Shown piece by piece: positions 11,945 through 25,599 of a stretch of 64,000 nucleotides of DNA. The stretch's first letter is position 1. Each line of letters opens with the position of its first letter. The position numbers and the translations under genes are program-made. The notes under the pieces were generated by a model. The model was not told where the DNA came from. It saw only the letters and a list, made by a program, of their open reading frames with translations, and ran no database searches. This stretch comes from Octopus vulgaris (taxonomy: Eukaryota): positions 64,294,001 to 64,358,000 of the forward strand of contig OX597823.1 of NCBI GenBank assembly GCA_951406725.2. The letters run 5' to 3'.

Positions 11945-12745
11945 AAAAAGATACTTTGTGGTTAGTTATTCCATTTGGTAAGCAAGTAAATTATAATTTT
12001 TCCAAATTGTTCAATATAGTAATAGAAAAATATTTTCCTATAAATCATATATATACAATATAAAATTTTTAATAAGCATAAGGTCTAGTTGGCTTATTCT
12101 AACAGTAGAAATTTTGCACAAATAACACATAATGTAAAATAATATTGAAATTTCAAAATAGCTATTCTAATCAGAGTAGCAAAGTAAATGTTTGGAATAA
12201 TAATGTCAAATAGAATAAAAAAAACTCAAATAGAAGAAAACACTAAGAATTTAAATGTTGTGGAAAGGGAAACAATCCAATTTAATATAATGAATAACGT
12301 AAAATTGAATAAAAATTCAGCTAGAAATAGTACAAATATAACATAATATGAAAAAGTAAATAATAATAAAGAACTTGGTAGAAATGAATTTGATTTTACC
12401 ATCAGTGATCAAATTAATACTAAATCTGAGAGAAATATAAAAAATTTTTCTCTGCAATGGGACTCCTGTTATGAGAATAATAAATGTAATACTAAATATA
12501 TAATATATAGATGTAAATTTACATCTGAGGGAAATGAATAATTTGGCATTGGTGTGACTGCAGTAATTTTCAAAAAGCGACTAACCAACCACTTAAATTC
12601 ATTTACAGGTAAAATTAAAGATTCTAAACAAGTCTAAGTAAATTAATCTGGTCTATTAAAGCCAGAAACAAAGACTATACTATCAATTGGGAATTAATTA
12701 GTACTGCAAAACCATACAAACCAGGAACTAATAAATGTGACTTAG
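11945..12745 (+). mobile_element. Penelope-like retroelement relic (post-RT region plus GIY-YIG endonuclease)
   Basis: Manual translation gives WLVIPFGKQVNYNFSKLFNIVIEKYFPINH..KIFNKHKV*LAYSNS, then KCNTKYIIYRCKFTSEGNE*FGIGVTAVIFKKRLTNHLNSF and LSKLIWSIKARNKDYTINWELISTAKPYKPGTNKCDL. This matches PLE GIY-YIG motifs, with stops and frameshifts. Confidence 0.85.
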
Positions 12746-12894
12746 ACCAGTCCAACCCAGTTCAAACCACTCCAAACCAGTTTATACTACTCTATATTTG
12801 TTTAAATTGTGCCTAACTGGATCAGACAGGTCCGAAACAGTTCAAAACAGATCAGCCTGGTCAAAACCAGTCAAAACCAGATGAGACCAGTTGC

Positions 12895-13001
12895 ACATTT
12901 TCATCAAACATTTTCATCATACATTTTCATCAAACATTTTCATCAAACATTTTCATCAAATATTTTCATCAAATATCGTCATCAAACATTTTCATCAAAC
13001 A
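12895..13001. repeat. 13-bp minisatellite (ACATTTTCATCAA) x about 8
   Basis: Seen directly. Confidence 0.9.
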
Positions 13002-13009
13002 TGTATATA

Positions 13010-13225
13010 TGTCTTTCTTGGTGTCTATGTTTGTCCCCTACCATTGCTTCACAACTGGTACTAATGTATTTACATCCCCATAACTTAGCAAGTTGGCAAA
13101 AGAGATTGATTGAATAAATTCCAGGTTTAAAAGAAAATAAGTACTTCATTCTGCTAAAATTCTTCAAAGTGGTGTTTCAGCATGGCCATTGTCTTATTAC
13201 AAAATCAAATAAAAGATTAGAAAAT
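13010..13225 (+). mobile_element. SINE family A, 3' half
   Basis: Contains TAACTTAGCAAGTTGGCAAAAGAG...CAGCATGGCC, similar to the full copies. Confidence 0.75.
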
Positions 13226-13382
13226 AAAAAAATGCTTTCAAGCTCCTCTTGACTTTTTAAACTTTAAATCTTGATTTCGTTTATTCTACATTTTTCTGAT
13301 TTCTTGGTTTAGGCTCTTCAAATTCTGCAAATCATCCTTCACTTATAACCTCTTTAAGGAATGTTTCTTATTTCCCTCTTAA

Positions 13383-13590
13383 CCCTTTCATTACTGTATT
13401 TATTTTGAGATGCTCTGTGTTTCTTTCAATTACTTTAAATATAACAAAGAATTTAGTAAAATAACTTAGTTATCATTAAGCTAGTGCTAGGAACATAATT
13501 TGTGACTAAGGTTTGGTGAAAGATTTTAATTCAAAACTTATGAAAACAAGGCATTTGTACTCAGAGCAAGAGCCAGTTCCAGCCGGGTTT
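13383..13590. mobile_element. Truncated TTAA-flanked MITE (piggyBac-like end)
   Basis: TTAA|CCCTTTC start. The right TIR is not seen. Confidence 0.45.
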
Positions 13591-14209
13591 GCTTAGACTT
13601 TTCTTCTCTAGTTCTACTACATCTTTTGGTAATCCTTAACCCACTTAGACCAAACATAACCCAGCTTAGCCACTGTTCTTTTTATTTCTTTTCCAAACAC
13701 AGTCTATCTAGGACATAATATCGAATGTATTCCTTATTTAAGATGCAAAGTGTGATTTAAGGAAGATTTAACTGCTGTTTCTAGCTGAGCAAATAACGAT
13801 CATGTAGAGGCTTTTATACAACTCATTCAAATCTATGTTTATATCTTCTCTTCTCACTCCTCCTCTATAAGCATCAACTCTAACTGGCTTCACTAACTCT
13901 CTGCCAGCATGTTCTTGGGCAAATTCAACATGACTACAGAGAGAGAGAGAGAGACAGAATATCTAATAACATGAAACAATTTCAGATCAATAATTTGATA
14001 CCAGGCAATAAAATTCTGATTAAATTATTCAAACCATTTTTTTTCTTTCCACAGGATATAATATACTATAATATACTTCAGGACATTCTCAATATATTTA
14101 TTCGTATTTTTTTTCTTTTTTCCCTTTCAATACTGATATTATGTTGTGAGTTTAGATTCTAATTATGTCTGTAGCATTCTCAAATATATTATTAAGCTAA
14201 TAAATATGC

Positions 14210-14211
<2 letters not shown>

Positions 14212-14298
<87 letters not shown>
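14212..14298. repeat. (GA)n microsatellite
   Basis: Seen directly. Confidence 0.95.
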
Positions 14299-14302
<4 letters not shown>

Positions 14303-14587
14303 AACTGCATTACTACATACATACATAAACACATGTATATATAAACTCATGCACACACTCACACAAAGATGAGCTAAGAGAAGTAACTGAGAATGGCCTG
14401 TGGTATGCATATGAACAACATAGACAAATGCAGGTATAGAAAATGCCACACAACATGACAGTATAACATCAGTCATTCATCTTCCTAGCATAAGTCAAAG
14501 ATGCATTGCATCAATCTTCATTTTCTTCTTCATCATCCTGTCTTATGCTCTTTTCAAAAGTTTTCTTCTATGCTCCAGTAACTCAAC

Positions 14588-14631
<44 letters not shown>

Positions 14632-14704
14632 TGCACGTGTGTGTGTGTAAATGCTACTTGTGACAGATACATTGCTGTAGGTATACCGTTCAGCAGAAAA
14701 AAAA

Positions 14705-15207
14705 AATCTGACATCTGTTCATGTATTTACCAGGCACTTGTCCAAACAGTTCTCCTCTATGGTTGTGAGACCTGGTCAATGCCTGTTGCTGATCACCAGA
14801 AGCTGGAGGTCTTCTATATTCATTGTTTTCTCCAACTGCATATTTCAGACAGCATTTTGAACTAACAACTTTATGCCTATTGTGGTCTCTCGCCTCTTGA
14901 GGGAATTCTCCTGATGAAGAGTACCCCCTGATGAACTCGTCTGGAAGGTGATAGCACCAGATCCTCCCCCAAGTTGACATAAGAAGAGAGGTGGTTAGCT
15001 GAAGACATGACTCATGACAGTTAAAGCAAATATGGAGCTTGTTTCCAGCCCTCAAGTCTTTGGCACTTGTCACTGGAACCAGGAATGGCTTAAACATGCT
15101 GCAGAATCAGCCACTGACAGATGTGCATGGACCACTTTGAGCCATGACACAGTGAACTCAATAGAAGCTGGCTTAACGCTTCCCACATGAATGCTGTTAC
15201 AAGTCAA
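14705..15207 (+). mobile_element. RTE-clade LINE 3' fragment
   Basis: IYQALVQTVLLYGCETWSMPVADHQKLEVF contains the RTE/L2 LLYGCETW post-RT motif. The sequence is decayed downstream. Confidence 0.8.
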
Positions 15208-15242
15208 AACCCATGTATCTAGGACAAATTGATATATATATG

Positions 15243-15662
15243 TTCTTTTACTCTTTTATTTGTTTCAGTCATTTCACTGCAGCCATGCTGGAGCACCAAC
15301 CTTAATTGAACAAATCAACCCTAGAACTTAATCTTTGTAAGCCTAGTACTTATTCTATTGGTCTTTTTTGCCAAACTGCTAAGTTACAGGGATGTAAATA
15401 CACCAACATCGGTTGTCAAGCAACAGTGGGAGGGGACACACAAACATACACATACACACACTCATACACACACACACGCACATATATAAATATATATATG
15501 ATAGGCTTCTTTTAGTTTCTGTCAACCAAATCCACCCACAAGGCTTTGGTCGACACAAGGCTATAGTAGAAGACACTTGCCCAAGGTGCCATGCTGTGGG
15601 ACTGAACCCGGAACCATGTGGTTTGTAAGCAAACTATTTACCACACAGCCACTCCTGCGCCT
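15243..15662 (-). mobile_element. SINE family A, full length
   Basis: Both the head (...CAGCCACTCCTGCGCCT) and the tail (TTGTTTCAGTC) are present. Confidence 0.9.
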
Positions 15663-16415
15663 ATATATATATGTGTGTGTATGTATCCGACCATGTATCC
15701 AACCACTGAATACTAAAGGTCAGCCTGAGCAATTCACATGTGTAGCCAACTGTTAAGAAGAAACCAGAGATACAAACCAATAGAAAACCAATCACATTTA
15801 AATACCACTCCATACCATCTACTACCATTCATAGCAGTCTGACAAACGCACTCTGGCAGCAAACACCATGTGCCTATCAGCCACTACTAAATTCGAACCA
15901 CGATGAACAGAGAAGTTGGTCTTGAAGTCAAAGGTTTTAGACTAATGGAGACAACACTCATCTATCACCCAAGGAAACTCATTATGCAAATAAACAGCTG
16001 CATAATCAAATACCTGTATTCTCGAAGAACTACATTGCATTAAAACAATTGTGGCAAATAATAAATAAATGTCCAACTGATATATATAGATATATGCTTG
16101 CCTGCAATATAGTGTGTTATTCTAGGAGATTTTAAGGTGGTAATAGTGGCCTTTGGCATCTATTTCTACAGTGCGTGGCGAGGCATATAGCCAATCCCTT
16201 GTTATAATTATGTACATAATTATAAAATACTTTATATCTATATCTATATATATATATCTAAATCTATACACACACCCACACGTTTATATAATTGAATACA
16301 CAACTGAAAGAGGTACTAATAGTTTCATGCTATCATGATAATTGAACAGGCATACTCACACAACATGCTATGTATCTTAAAGCAAACTTTCAGGCTCTGC
16401 TTATGCATTATGCAC

Positions 16416-16446
<31 letters not shown>

Positions 16447-17124
16447 TACACATACACACACACACACAGATACACACACACATTTATCTTTCTATTTATC
16501 TGTGTGTGTATAGTATTTTAGATTCCTAACCTCACTGGAAGTATCTTAAACCCAAACTACCAACAAAGATAACTGCATGTGTCAGGAAGCGTAATATATA
16601 GTAAAGTATAAAAGTGTATGGCCACAGCGTGGAGCAGTCAACAGGAAAGGATATCAAACTGACATCAATTACAGATAAAATATAAATAAATTCCTATTAT
16701 ATAACAATGGTTATCTGGAGTTTTAAAATTTCACAATGCTGAAAGCTTTATCATTATATGCAAATAATCCTATCTCTCTATGTAAATATGTTACAAATAG
16801 CATTTCGGAGTCATAAACTTAGGGTTTTATGTCGTCATCAACATACCATGATGTCTGCACTTGTCAGTGGGAGCAAAATAAATGGTTGCAGCATTGAGAT
16901 GTCAGCAGGAAACAACATCAAACTGATATAATTTAGAGTAACCGTAGCCAACCAAACTTTTGAAAATTCTACACTGATTGCAGTGGTTCCAAACCTATGA
17001 AGTAATTTCCTTCTCATGAGGAGGGCATCATGTGCTCACAAGGAGTTAAGGGATGCTATGGAAGGGCACTGAGTATTTAGAAGGTTTGTGATTTATCTTA
17101 GAAATAAAATATCTAATACAATAC

Positions 17125-17287
17125 AGGTGCAGGAGTGGCTGTGTGGTAAGTAGCTTCCTTACTAACCACATGCTTCTGGGTTCAGTCCCACTGTGGGGCA
17201 CCTTGAGCAAGTGTCTTCTACTATTGCCTCGGGCCTACCAAAGCCTTGCGAGTGGATTTAGTTGACAGAAACTAAAGAAGCCCGTCA

Positions 17288-17382
<95 letters not shown>

Positions 17383-17640
17383 ATATATATATATATATGA
17401 ATATATATACATATATATATGTGTGTGTATATTCATATGTTTGTGTGTCTGTGTTTTCCCCCACCATCACTTGACAACCAATCTTGGTGTGTTTACGTCC
17501 CTGTAACTTAGTGGTTTGGCAAAAGAGACTGATAGGATAAGTACTAGGCTTACAAAGAATAATTTCTGGGGTCAATTTGTTCGACTAAAAAGGCAGTGCT
17601 CCAGTATGACCACAGTCAAATGACTGAAACAAATAAAAGA
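17125..17640 (+). mobile_element. SINE family A with internal (CTAT)n
   Basis: AGGTGCAGGAGTGGCTGTGTGG head, GGTTCAGTCCC B box, GACTGAAAC tail. Confidence 0.9.
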
Positions 17641-17661
17641 AAGTATTAAAACATAGTATAA

Positions 17662-17881
17662 CCCTTTAGCATTCAGGTTATTCTGTGAAATGTAATGCTC
17701 GTTTATTTACATTGTTTTGAATTAGTCATGGCTTATCTCGTAGCTTTGAGATTTTCATGATGTGATTGCTTATTTTCAGAAGGACATTGTAAGGTTGGTG
17801 TGAGAGGCTGAATCTGGCTGGTTTAAACATAAAACAGGTAGAATATTTAAGCAGGATATGACTGGTTTGAATGCTAAAGGG
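17662..17881. mobile_element. MITE with CCCTTTAGCATTCA TIRs and (A/T)TAA flanks (piggyBac-like)
   Basis: ATAA|CCCTTTAGCATTCA...TGAATGCTAAAGGG|TTAA. Further copies at 53075 and 57714. Confidence 0.85.
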
Positions 17882-18135
17882 TTAAACACATTTTCACAAG
17901 CATTTTTGTTGGTATTCAAATATGAGTATGAAATTGTGTTATCAGTGAGAAGAAAATAGATTGATGATACTCCAAGGTCCGATATAATTTTATTGTATAA
18001 ATCTGGAATTAATAATTCATATAAAATGCACACACATGTATATATCATATATATACAAGTTAATTACACAGTGTGTGTGTATGTGTGTTTGTGTGTATGT
18101 GTGTGTGTATGTGTGTGTGTGTGTAAGAAAAATGG

Positions 18136-18568
18136 AGGTGCAGGAGTGGCTGTTATAGGCACAGGAGTGGGTGTGTGGTAAGTAGCTTGCTTACCAGCCA
18201 CATGCTTCCGGATTCATTCACACTGCGTAGCACCTTGGTCAAGTCTCTTCTACTATAGCCTCGGGCCAACCAAAGCCTTGTGAGTGGATTTGGTAGATGG
18301 AAACTGAAAGAAGGCTGTCATATATATGTATATATATATATGTATGTATGTGTGTGTATGTTTGTGTGTCTGTGTCCCCCCCCCCCCCAACATCGCTTGA
18401 CAACTGAGGCTGGTGTGTTTACATCCTCATAACTTAGCATTTTGGCAAAAGGGACCGATAGAATAAGTACTAGGCATGCAAAGAATAAGTCCTGGGGTCG
18501 ATTTGCTCAACTATAGGCGGTGCTCTAGCATGGTCACAGTCAAATGACTGAAACAAATAAAAGAATAA
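18136..18568 (+). mobile_element. SINE family A with duplicated head
   Basis: GGTGCAGGAGTGGCTGT is followed by AGGCACAGGAGTGGGTGTGTGG, then a full body and tail. Confidence 0.9.
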
Positions 18569-19635
18569 GTATGTGTGAGGCAAAAATTTTCAGCAATATG
18601 AAGAGTGTGTCTGGCTTTTCTCTTCAAAGCCAGAAAATTAACAACCTCCATCAATAACTAACCTCTGAATAATGCACAGAAAAGATTCATAGTATTGTAC
18701 AACTCTTACATCTAACACGGGGCTACTGCACTAGTCACATACATCCTAGACTATACTCAAAGAAAAGCCATTTGATTGATTAGCATAAAGTTATACTTCA
18801 ACACATTCTTTGGTCCTAATACAGGTATGCTGTGTCCTCTCTCTTACTTTTTCTACCACCACTACAGTGGCCATTCCCCCTAACAGACTCATTTAATGCC
18901 ATCTCCAGTTAGGCTCTGCTCCTCTCTTCATTCATTTTGTCTCCATTCCTATGCCCCCCCCCCCCCCCATTCTGACTCTGTGCTAACAGCTATATTCAGT
19001 TCTTCCTCTTCTAAGAACACCAGCCCTCTGTGACTCCCATCCTTGTCCTTTTCTATCCTGCAGCTGTCCTACAACAAAGTTAATTACACTAATTTCACTA
19101 GTCTCAGAGAGCCTGTAAAGAGCTCCTTTCATGCTGCACTTATGAAGGAAAATACACAAGAGCAAACTTACGAAACAAAAAACATACACATGTGCCTGTA
19201 TATATAACTCTTCCCTTTTGATACATGTATAAAAAGAGACACACACACATAAACACACTCAAAGAGACACTCATACAAAGATGAAGACATATGCATACAT
19301 ACACCTACTCATTCTCACATATGCATGCTCTCTCTCTCTCACACACACACTCATACAAGCTCAATGCATACAAACTGGTTAAGTAAAGCATTTTTTCAAA
19401 TTTTCTTTGTCTTCATTTACAATGTTATATTCTCTCCCTTTCTCTTCCTTTTTCTCACTTTTCTTCTCTCTCTTTCTTTCAAATCTTAAACATCTATCTA
19501 GGTGATCTATTGAAAACATTGATAAAAATCTGTATTTTCAGTCAAACATTGCATTTGATAACTCTCCTTGAAACATTTCTTTCTTTAAACACACATATAA
19601 ACACCCCACCCATCCAAACATGCATACATACATAC

Positions 19636-19885
<250 letters not shown>

Positions 19886-20189
19886 ATATGAATATAAAAG
19901 TAGATAGATTGATAGGCAGATAGCTAAATGCATGTATATATGTACTTTTATACATAGTTAGATTTCAGTATCACTGTAGAAATCAGGCCAAATGTATGGT
20001 TGTATGTGTGTGTGTGTGTGTGTGTGTGTACAGATTGCTTGAAGTGGTATACAGATTTTATATATCAAGAAAAACGAGGTTGTCAGAATTTTGGATAATT
20101 ATTTATTTAGCGCTTTCATCTTGTTTGTTTCAGAGGCTCATCAGATATGATTTTTACAGAAAATATTTTGCCTATTCTATATATCTGGA

Positions 20190-20327
20190 AGCGAATGTGT
20201 GGCTGTGTGGTAAGAAGCCTGCTTTCCAAGCACATAATTCCAAGTTCAGTTCCAATGCATGATACCTTTGGTCAGGCGGACCAATGTGCTGTGGGTAGAT
20301 TTGGTAGATGGAAACTGAAAGAAGCCT

Positions 20328-20380
<53 letters not shown>

Positions 20381-20562
20381 GTGTGTATATATATATATAT
20401 TTAGGTGTGTTTATGCCCCTGTAACTTAGCAGTTCAGCAAAAAGAGGTCAATAGAATAAGTACGAAGCTTAAAAAGAGAATAGGCATTGGGGTATTCTTG
20501 AAGGTGTTGCCCCAGCTTGGCTGCATTCTAATGACTGAAACAAGTAAAAGGTAAAAGATAAG
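20190..20562 (+). mobile_element. SINE family A, degenerate
   Basis: GTGGCTGTGTGGTAAG head and GACTGAAACAAGTAAAAG tail. Confidence 0.8.
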
Positions 20563-20585
20563 AAATATATGTGTATGTGTGTATA

Positions 20586-20618
<33 letters not shown>

Positions 20619-21629
20619 GCATGTGTAGATATGTGTGCGCCTCTATGCATGTGTATGTATGTGCTGCAGGCATGTGTAGATAGTGAAGCCTAAGAGGCTG
20701 GGCCAGAGGGACTGAAAAGAGGAAAGAAAGACAGAAAGAAAAAGTAAGTAGAAGGAAAGAAATAGAAAAAGAAGGAAAGAAAGAAAGAAAGAAAGAGAAG
20801 AAGAAAACAATGGGGTATTTTCTATACTGCGATGGCTTTTATTGTATTTTTCTGGTCTACTGAGAGTTACACAGGTGTTTGAAGTTAATGATGTTTTAAA
20901 ATGTCAATGTTGTTTCTTTGAAGGCATCTTTCTCTCTCTCTCTCTCCTCTCTTTCACTCTCTCTCTTTCACTCTCTCTCTCTCTTTCTCCGTATGCATGT
21001 ACATGTAAGTATGAGTGTGTAGTGAATTTTCAAGGTTTTGGTCAGAGTGCGGAAAAAAGAGGGGGTAGAAAGGAAAGAAACAAGTTGGGAAAAAAAGAAA
21101 GAAAGAAAGAAAGGAAGAAAGAGAGAAAGAAATACAAGAAAGAAAGAAAGCGAGAAGAAAAAAAGAAAAGAGAGGACAAAAAAGAAAGACAGAAAGAAAG
21201 AAGGAAAGAAATGAAGAAAGAGAGAAGGAAGGCTTATTTCAAACTGAATTGTGTTCATATGGTCAGATAATCCAACCCGTCAATTTTATTTTAATCATTG
21301 TTCTGAAGGCTTCTCTCCATCTCTCTTTCTCTCTAGACTTAAACACCTGTCTAGGTGATTTATTCAAAACGTTGATAAACGTCTGTATTCTCAGTCAAAC
21401 ATTGTATTTGATGACTCTCCATTGAGCATTTCTTTCTTTCCTTAAACACATACATTCTCACTTCACTCATCCCAAAATATATGTGTATATGTATATGTAA
21501 ACATATATATATATATATATATATATATGTTAAGAACAAACTTACTTAGAAATGGATGCATGTGTTCTGTCGTGTAATAACAAATTAATAAATAAAACAT
21601 ATGCATATATACATACATATATGTATGTG

Positions 21630-22300
21630 GCTCCTTCACTGTTCTCATAAATAGCGTTCGTAATATTTTATCTCGTTCGGCTTAACAGCCCTTCTTGTCT
21701 GTGTTACTGTTATTCTCCCTGTCCTGTCTTTTACTGTTTATATTTTGTACTGTTGTTACTGTCCTGTTTTTGTTACCATTTTTACCCCTCCGCAAAAAAA
21801 TCTCAAATTTTATTTGCTTTTCGCGGAAGGATTGTTTCAGTTGAAGATGTGTCTCACCTTCACCTTCGAAACGCGGTGTAGATGAAACCATGGCGACTGA
21901 AGAAGGGGAGTTTTCTTTGTGTTATTTGTCCAGTACTCTATTTTTTCGTTGTTTAAGAAAAATGTCCAGTTCCTTGGTTTTGTGTTTATGTTTTCGTTTC
22001 TCATTGTGTTCGACGTTTTTCGGTGTCCTGTACCCATATATGCATGTATATATACATGTAGATGTAGGTACGTACATATATGTATGTATATATGCATATG
22101 TTTTATTTATTAATTTGTTATTATATATATATATAAATATATATATATAAATTAATCAAAATAAAAACATGACGCCAAGGATTCAGCGGTACATATGTTT
22201 CGGGCCTTTATTAGACGGATTTATAACAATGCATAATGTATGTCTGTGGCCTTCTTGTCTATGTATACTGTTAGGCACCCTGTCCTGTCTTTTACTGTTT
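21630..22300. mobile_element. CpG-containing interspersed repeat(s) with degenerate hammerhead-like motifs (probable Penelope-type pLTR)
   Basis: GTTTCAG-TTGAAGA...GAAA-CGCGGTG-TA-GATGAAAC at 21834-21888 (+), and a half-motif GGCCC-GAAA-CATATG-TA-CCGC at about 22186-22206 (-). Confidence 0.45.
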
Positions 22301-22304
22301 ATAT

Positions 22305-22436
22305 TTTGTACCAACCACATGGTTATAGGTTACAGTCACTGCGTGGCACCTTGGGCATGTTTTACTATAGCCTCCGCAAAAAAATCTCAAAGCCTTGTGA
22401 GTGGATTTGATAGACAGAAACTGAAAGAAGCCTGTC

Positions 22437-22496
<60 letters not shown>

Positions 22497-22722
22497 GTAT
22501 GTGTCTTTGTGTTTGTGTGTCTGTGTTATTTCCCCCCAACATTGCTTGACAACCGATGGTGGTGTGTTTGCATCCCCGTAACCTAGCAGTTCGGCAAAAG
22601 AGACCGATAGAGAAAGTACTAGGCTTACAAAGAATAAATCCTGGGGTTGATTTGCTCGACTAAAGGTGCTCCAGCATGGCCACTGTCAAATGACTGAAAC
22701 AAGTAAAAAAGAAAAGAAAAAG
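22305..22722 (+). mobile_element. SINE family A, 5'-truncated, with patches copied from upstream
   Basis: Body and tail are typical. CCTCCGCAAAAAAATCTCAAA replaces part of the consensus. Confidence 0.85.
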
Positions 22723-22984
22723 AGATATATATGTGCATGCCTATATATACGCAAAGTTTTTACATGTGTGTGCATGTGCATATGTATGTTTGTGTGGCCC
22801 AGAGTTCAGCAACTTAACTATACATTCACTGTGCTTCATTAAATAAATAACAGTCGATCTGAGGCTAAGCAACAACCATAATAGAAGACACCAAATACGA
22901 CTCCATGAAGAAGCCTTTAAGAAGTGGCTCAACCTGGTAAGAATAGCCACTAAATCTCCCTTAAACAACATTCAGCTGCATTCT

Positions 22985-23193
22985 TATTTCTTTATTGCCC
23001 ACAAGGGGCTAAACATAGAGAGGACAAACAAGGACAGACAAAGGTATTCAATCGATTATATCAACCTCAGTGCGTAACTGGTACTTAATTCATTGACCCC
23101 AAATGGATGAAAGGCAAAGTTGACCTCGGCAGAATTTGAACTCAGAACCGCTAAGCATTTCGCCCGGCATGCTAACACTTCTGCCAGCTCGCC
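22985..23193 (-). mobile_element. Nin-domain-like SINE, family B
   Basis: Reverse complement of GGCGAGCTGGCAGAAG...GAGTTCAAATTCTGCCGAGGTCAACTTTGCCTTTCATCC...TAAGTACCAG. Confidence 0.85.
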
Positions 23194-23993
23194 ACATTTC
23201 AGCTGCATTCTACTATCTTCAGAGACACCATATTAATATAATTATTCTGGCAAAAAGAAAATTATTTAATCTTAGTAGAATTGTCTTTGATCATAAGTCT
23301 GCTATGTTAAAGCTGACTCACAGTAAAACAACTTCAACAGCCACATATGCAAAATAACAACATAAATTATTTATATTTTTATTCATATAAATATTTTTTA
23401 AATCATGAAATTGCATAAAAGTTTGAAAACCTTCTATTATAAACTTGACTTTGTTTCCCCCTATTTCAAATAATTGTTAGCTAATAGCTAATATAGCTAA
23501 TATATGATGTCACATAAACAGCCATGAGGTCTACTTTTTTCATATTTTCCCCACTTCAAATAATGGTTATCTAATGTATACATATAAACAGCCATGCAGA
23601 AACTAGACATTATGATAAACAATGTATATACACAAACAACAAACCTTGAATATTTAAAAAAAAATGTATGCTCACCTATTTACTTTAATAATGAAATTAG
23701 TACTGCCATCAAATGGGAGATGCTCAACGCCAGCAGTTTTTAACCTAGTCCATATCACATCTTTGGAAACATTGTGAGTTTGTAAGTAGGCAGCTAATGT
23801 TAAGGAGGCCCTGTGATGGAGATAATGAGGTCTTAGGTGCTTCTTAGAAATAAAGTATTCAAATTAGGTTACAAAGCATAAAATTTGTCTGGAGCAAAAT
23901 ATGAGTCAGACATTCTGTCATCATTGATCAGATATGCCAAGGTTCAATGTAAGTTCTATAAGTCCTGATCTTCTTTATTAATTGTTATAAAAA

Positions 23994-24388
23994 CTAACTG
24001 TATCATCCGGCGTTGCTCAGGTTTGTTTTGACCCTTTAGAATTGGAATTTTTGAAAAGTAAAACTTTTGTATTATGTAGCTTGTTATTCTCTTTAAGTGA
24101 ACATTTTTCTGTTTGAAATACACCAAAAAATGGTGACACAGCAGTTAAAAAGTCGTAAAAAAAATAGGGATTTTCATAGAAAAAAAAGCACCTTTTTGAT
24201 GTAAATAATTTTTGGTGTTAACATGGTCTGATTTGAATCTTTTCTCCTACGGAAGGAAGAGAAAGCCTTCTTCTATCATACTCTCAATTTTGGTCAACTT
24301 GTGCCGCAGGGTCTTGGAGGAGATTGTGTTAGTTGAAGGCTACCAAACCTGCCATACACAGACAACTTCAGCTTTATATATAGAGAGA
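23994..24388 (-). mobile_element. Non-autonomous Helitron (about 395 bp)
   Basis: Reverse-complement copy of the 49762-50154 element, with the terminal CTAG mutated. Confidence 0.8.
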
Positions 24389-25599
24389 TTTAACATAACT
24401 GGTTATAGTCCATGCAAAAATCTAAAGAGTGGTACATACTGGTTGAGATACTATAAGAAAATATGAATACTATACCAATAATTTTTGACTAATTAATATA
24501 ATCTACAAAGTCCTTTTTTATTTTTGGACGTGGAGAGGGGTCATTTGTAAAATGCTGCTCTCTGAAAAAGAGATGTTGAGTTATACCTAAAAGAAATAGC
24601 AAAATCTCTTTTTTAAATCCCAGTTATTTAAGATAAAACAAACAAACAAAAAACATTACAGATATGATAGATATTCTTCTCTACTCTAAGTGCAAGGCCT
24701 GAATTTAGCTACCTTTCACAACATGAAGGGGTCCCATGTATCTTCTGGAAAACTGGGATATACATGGTATAGCAAACCTTTTAATAAAATTTTTTAATAG
24801 AATTTTAAAATGAGAAATAAAAGGTAAATTAAAACCCAAATTGTTATGTTGTGTACTGAAAGAGTAGAGTTATAGATAGATGCATTTCATATAGATGATG
24901 GGAAATAGCAGCTAAATCTTTCTCAAAAGTATACCACATAATCTTTAGAAAAGAAGGAAATACCTAGAGGATAGTCCAAGATAATCTACTGCCATTTAGT
25001 AAAAGTAAACTCACAATCTCTAATCCATGTGAGAGGGTAGAGCGCAGAATACAGATTCATTTGATATTTCTGTTTTAACAAGCCTTCAATTTGAACAAGA
25101 TATTTGGCAATCAAATTGCTATATTGTATAAAGAAATGTCATGCAGTGAAGTTTTAGATAACAGTAGAGTTATAGATAGATGCCTTCTCATTTAATACAT
25201 ATATGACATACTGACGTTTTTCTATGGAAGACCTTGTGAGAAACCTTGACTTCCGCATCCTGTCAGCTGTCAAGATGTTGTACAAAGGTTGGAGAGTTTC
25301 CATAGCAATGTGTTATGTAATTATAATGCATCCACGTAACAGACGGAAGGTGTTGCTTAATGTAAAACTCGTTACATTTTACACATTTCATAGAATGTTA
25401 TGCAAACTCGGAAGTATTTGCTGGAATTTCCAATCAGGCAGATGCAGTGAAGTTTTAGATAACTACAGTATTTGGCACGGTAACTAGGAACAGGTTTACT
25501 TCAATGAAATCAGGATGATCCGTGTCTTTTGAGTGAAATTTAGTGGATGGAAACTGTGAGGAAGCCTGTCATACACACACAAATATATATATATATATA

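Noticed and set aside
14911-14936. Two CTGATGA heptamers
   Set aside because: There is no downstream GAAA or stem pairing, and they lie within an RTE fragment.
15893-15938. AACC-ACGATGA...GAAG...GGTT hammerhead-like spacing
   Set aside because: There are too many core mismatches and stem II is poor.
17125-17200. tRNA gene (A/B boxes)
   Set aside because: It is a tRNA-derived SINE head, with no full cloverleaf and continuous with the SINE body.
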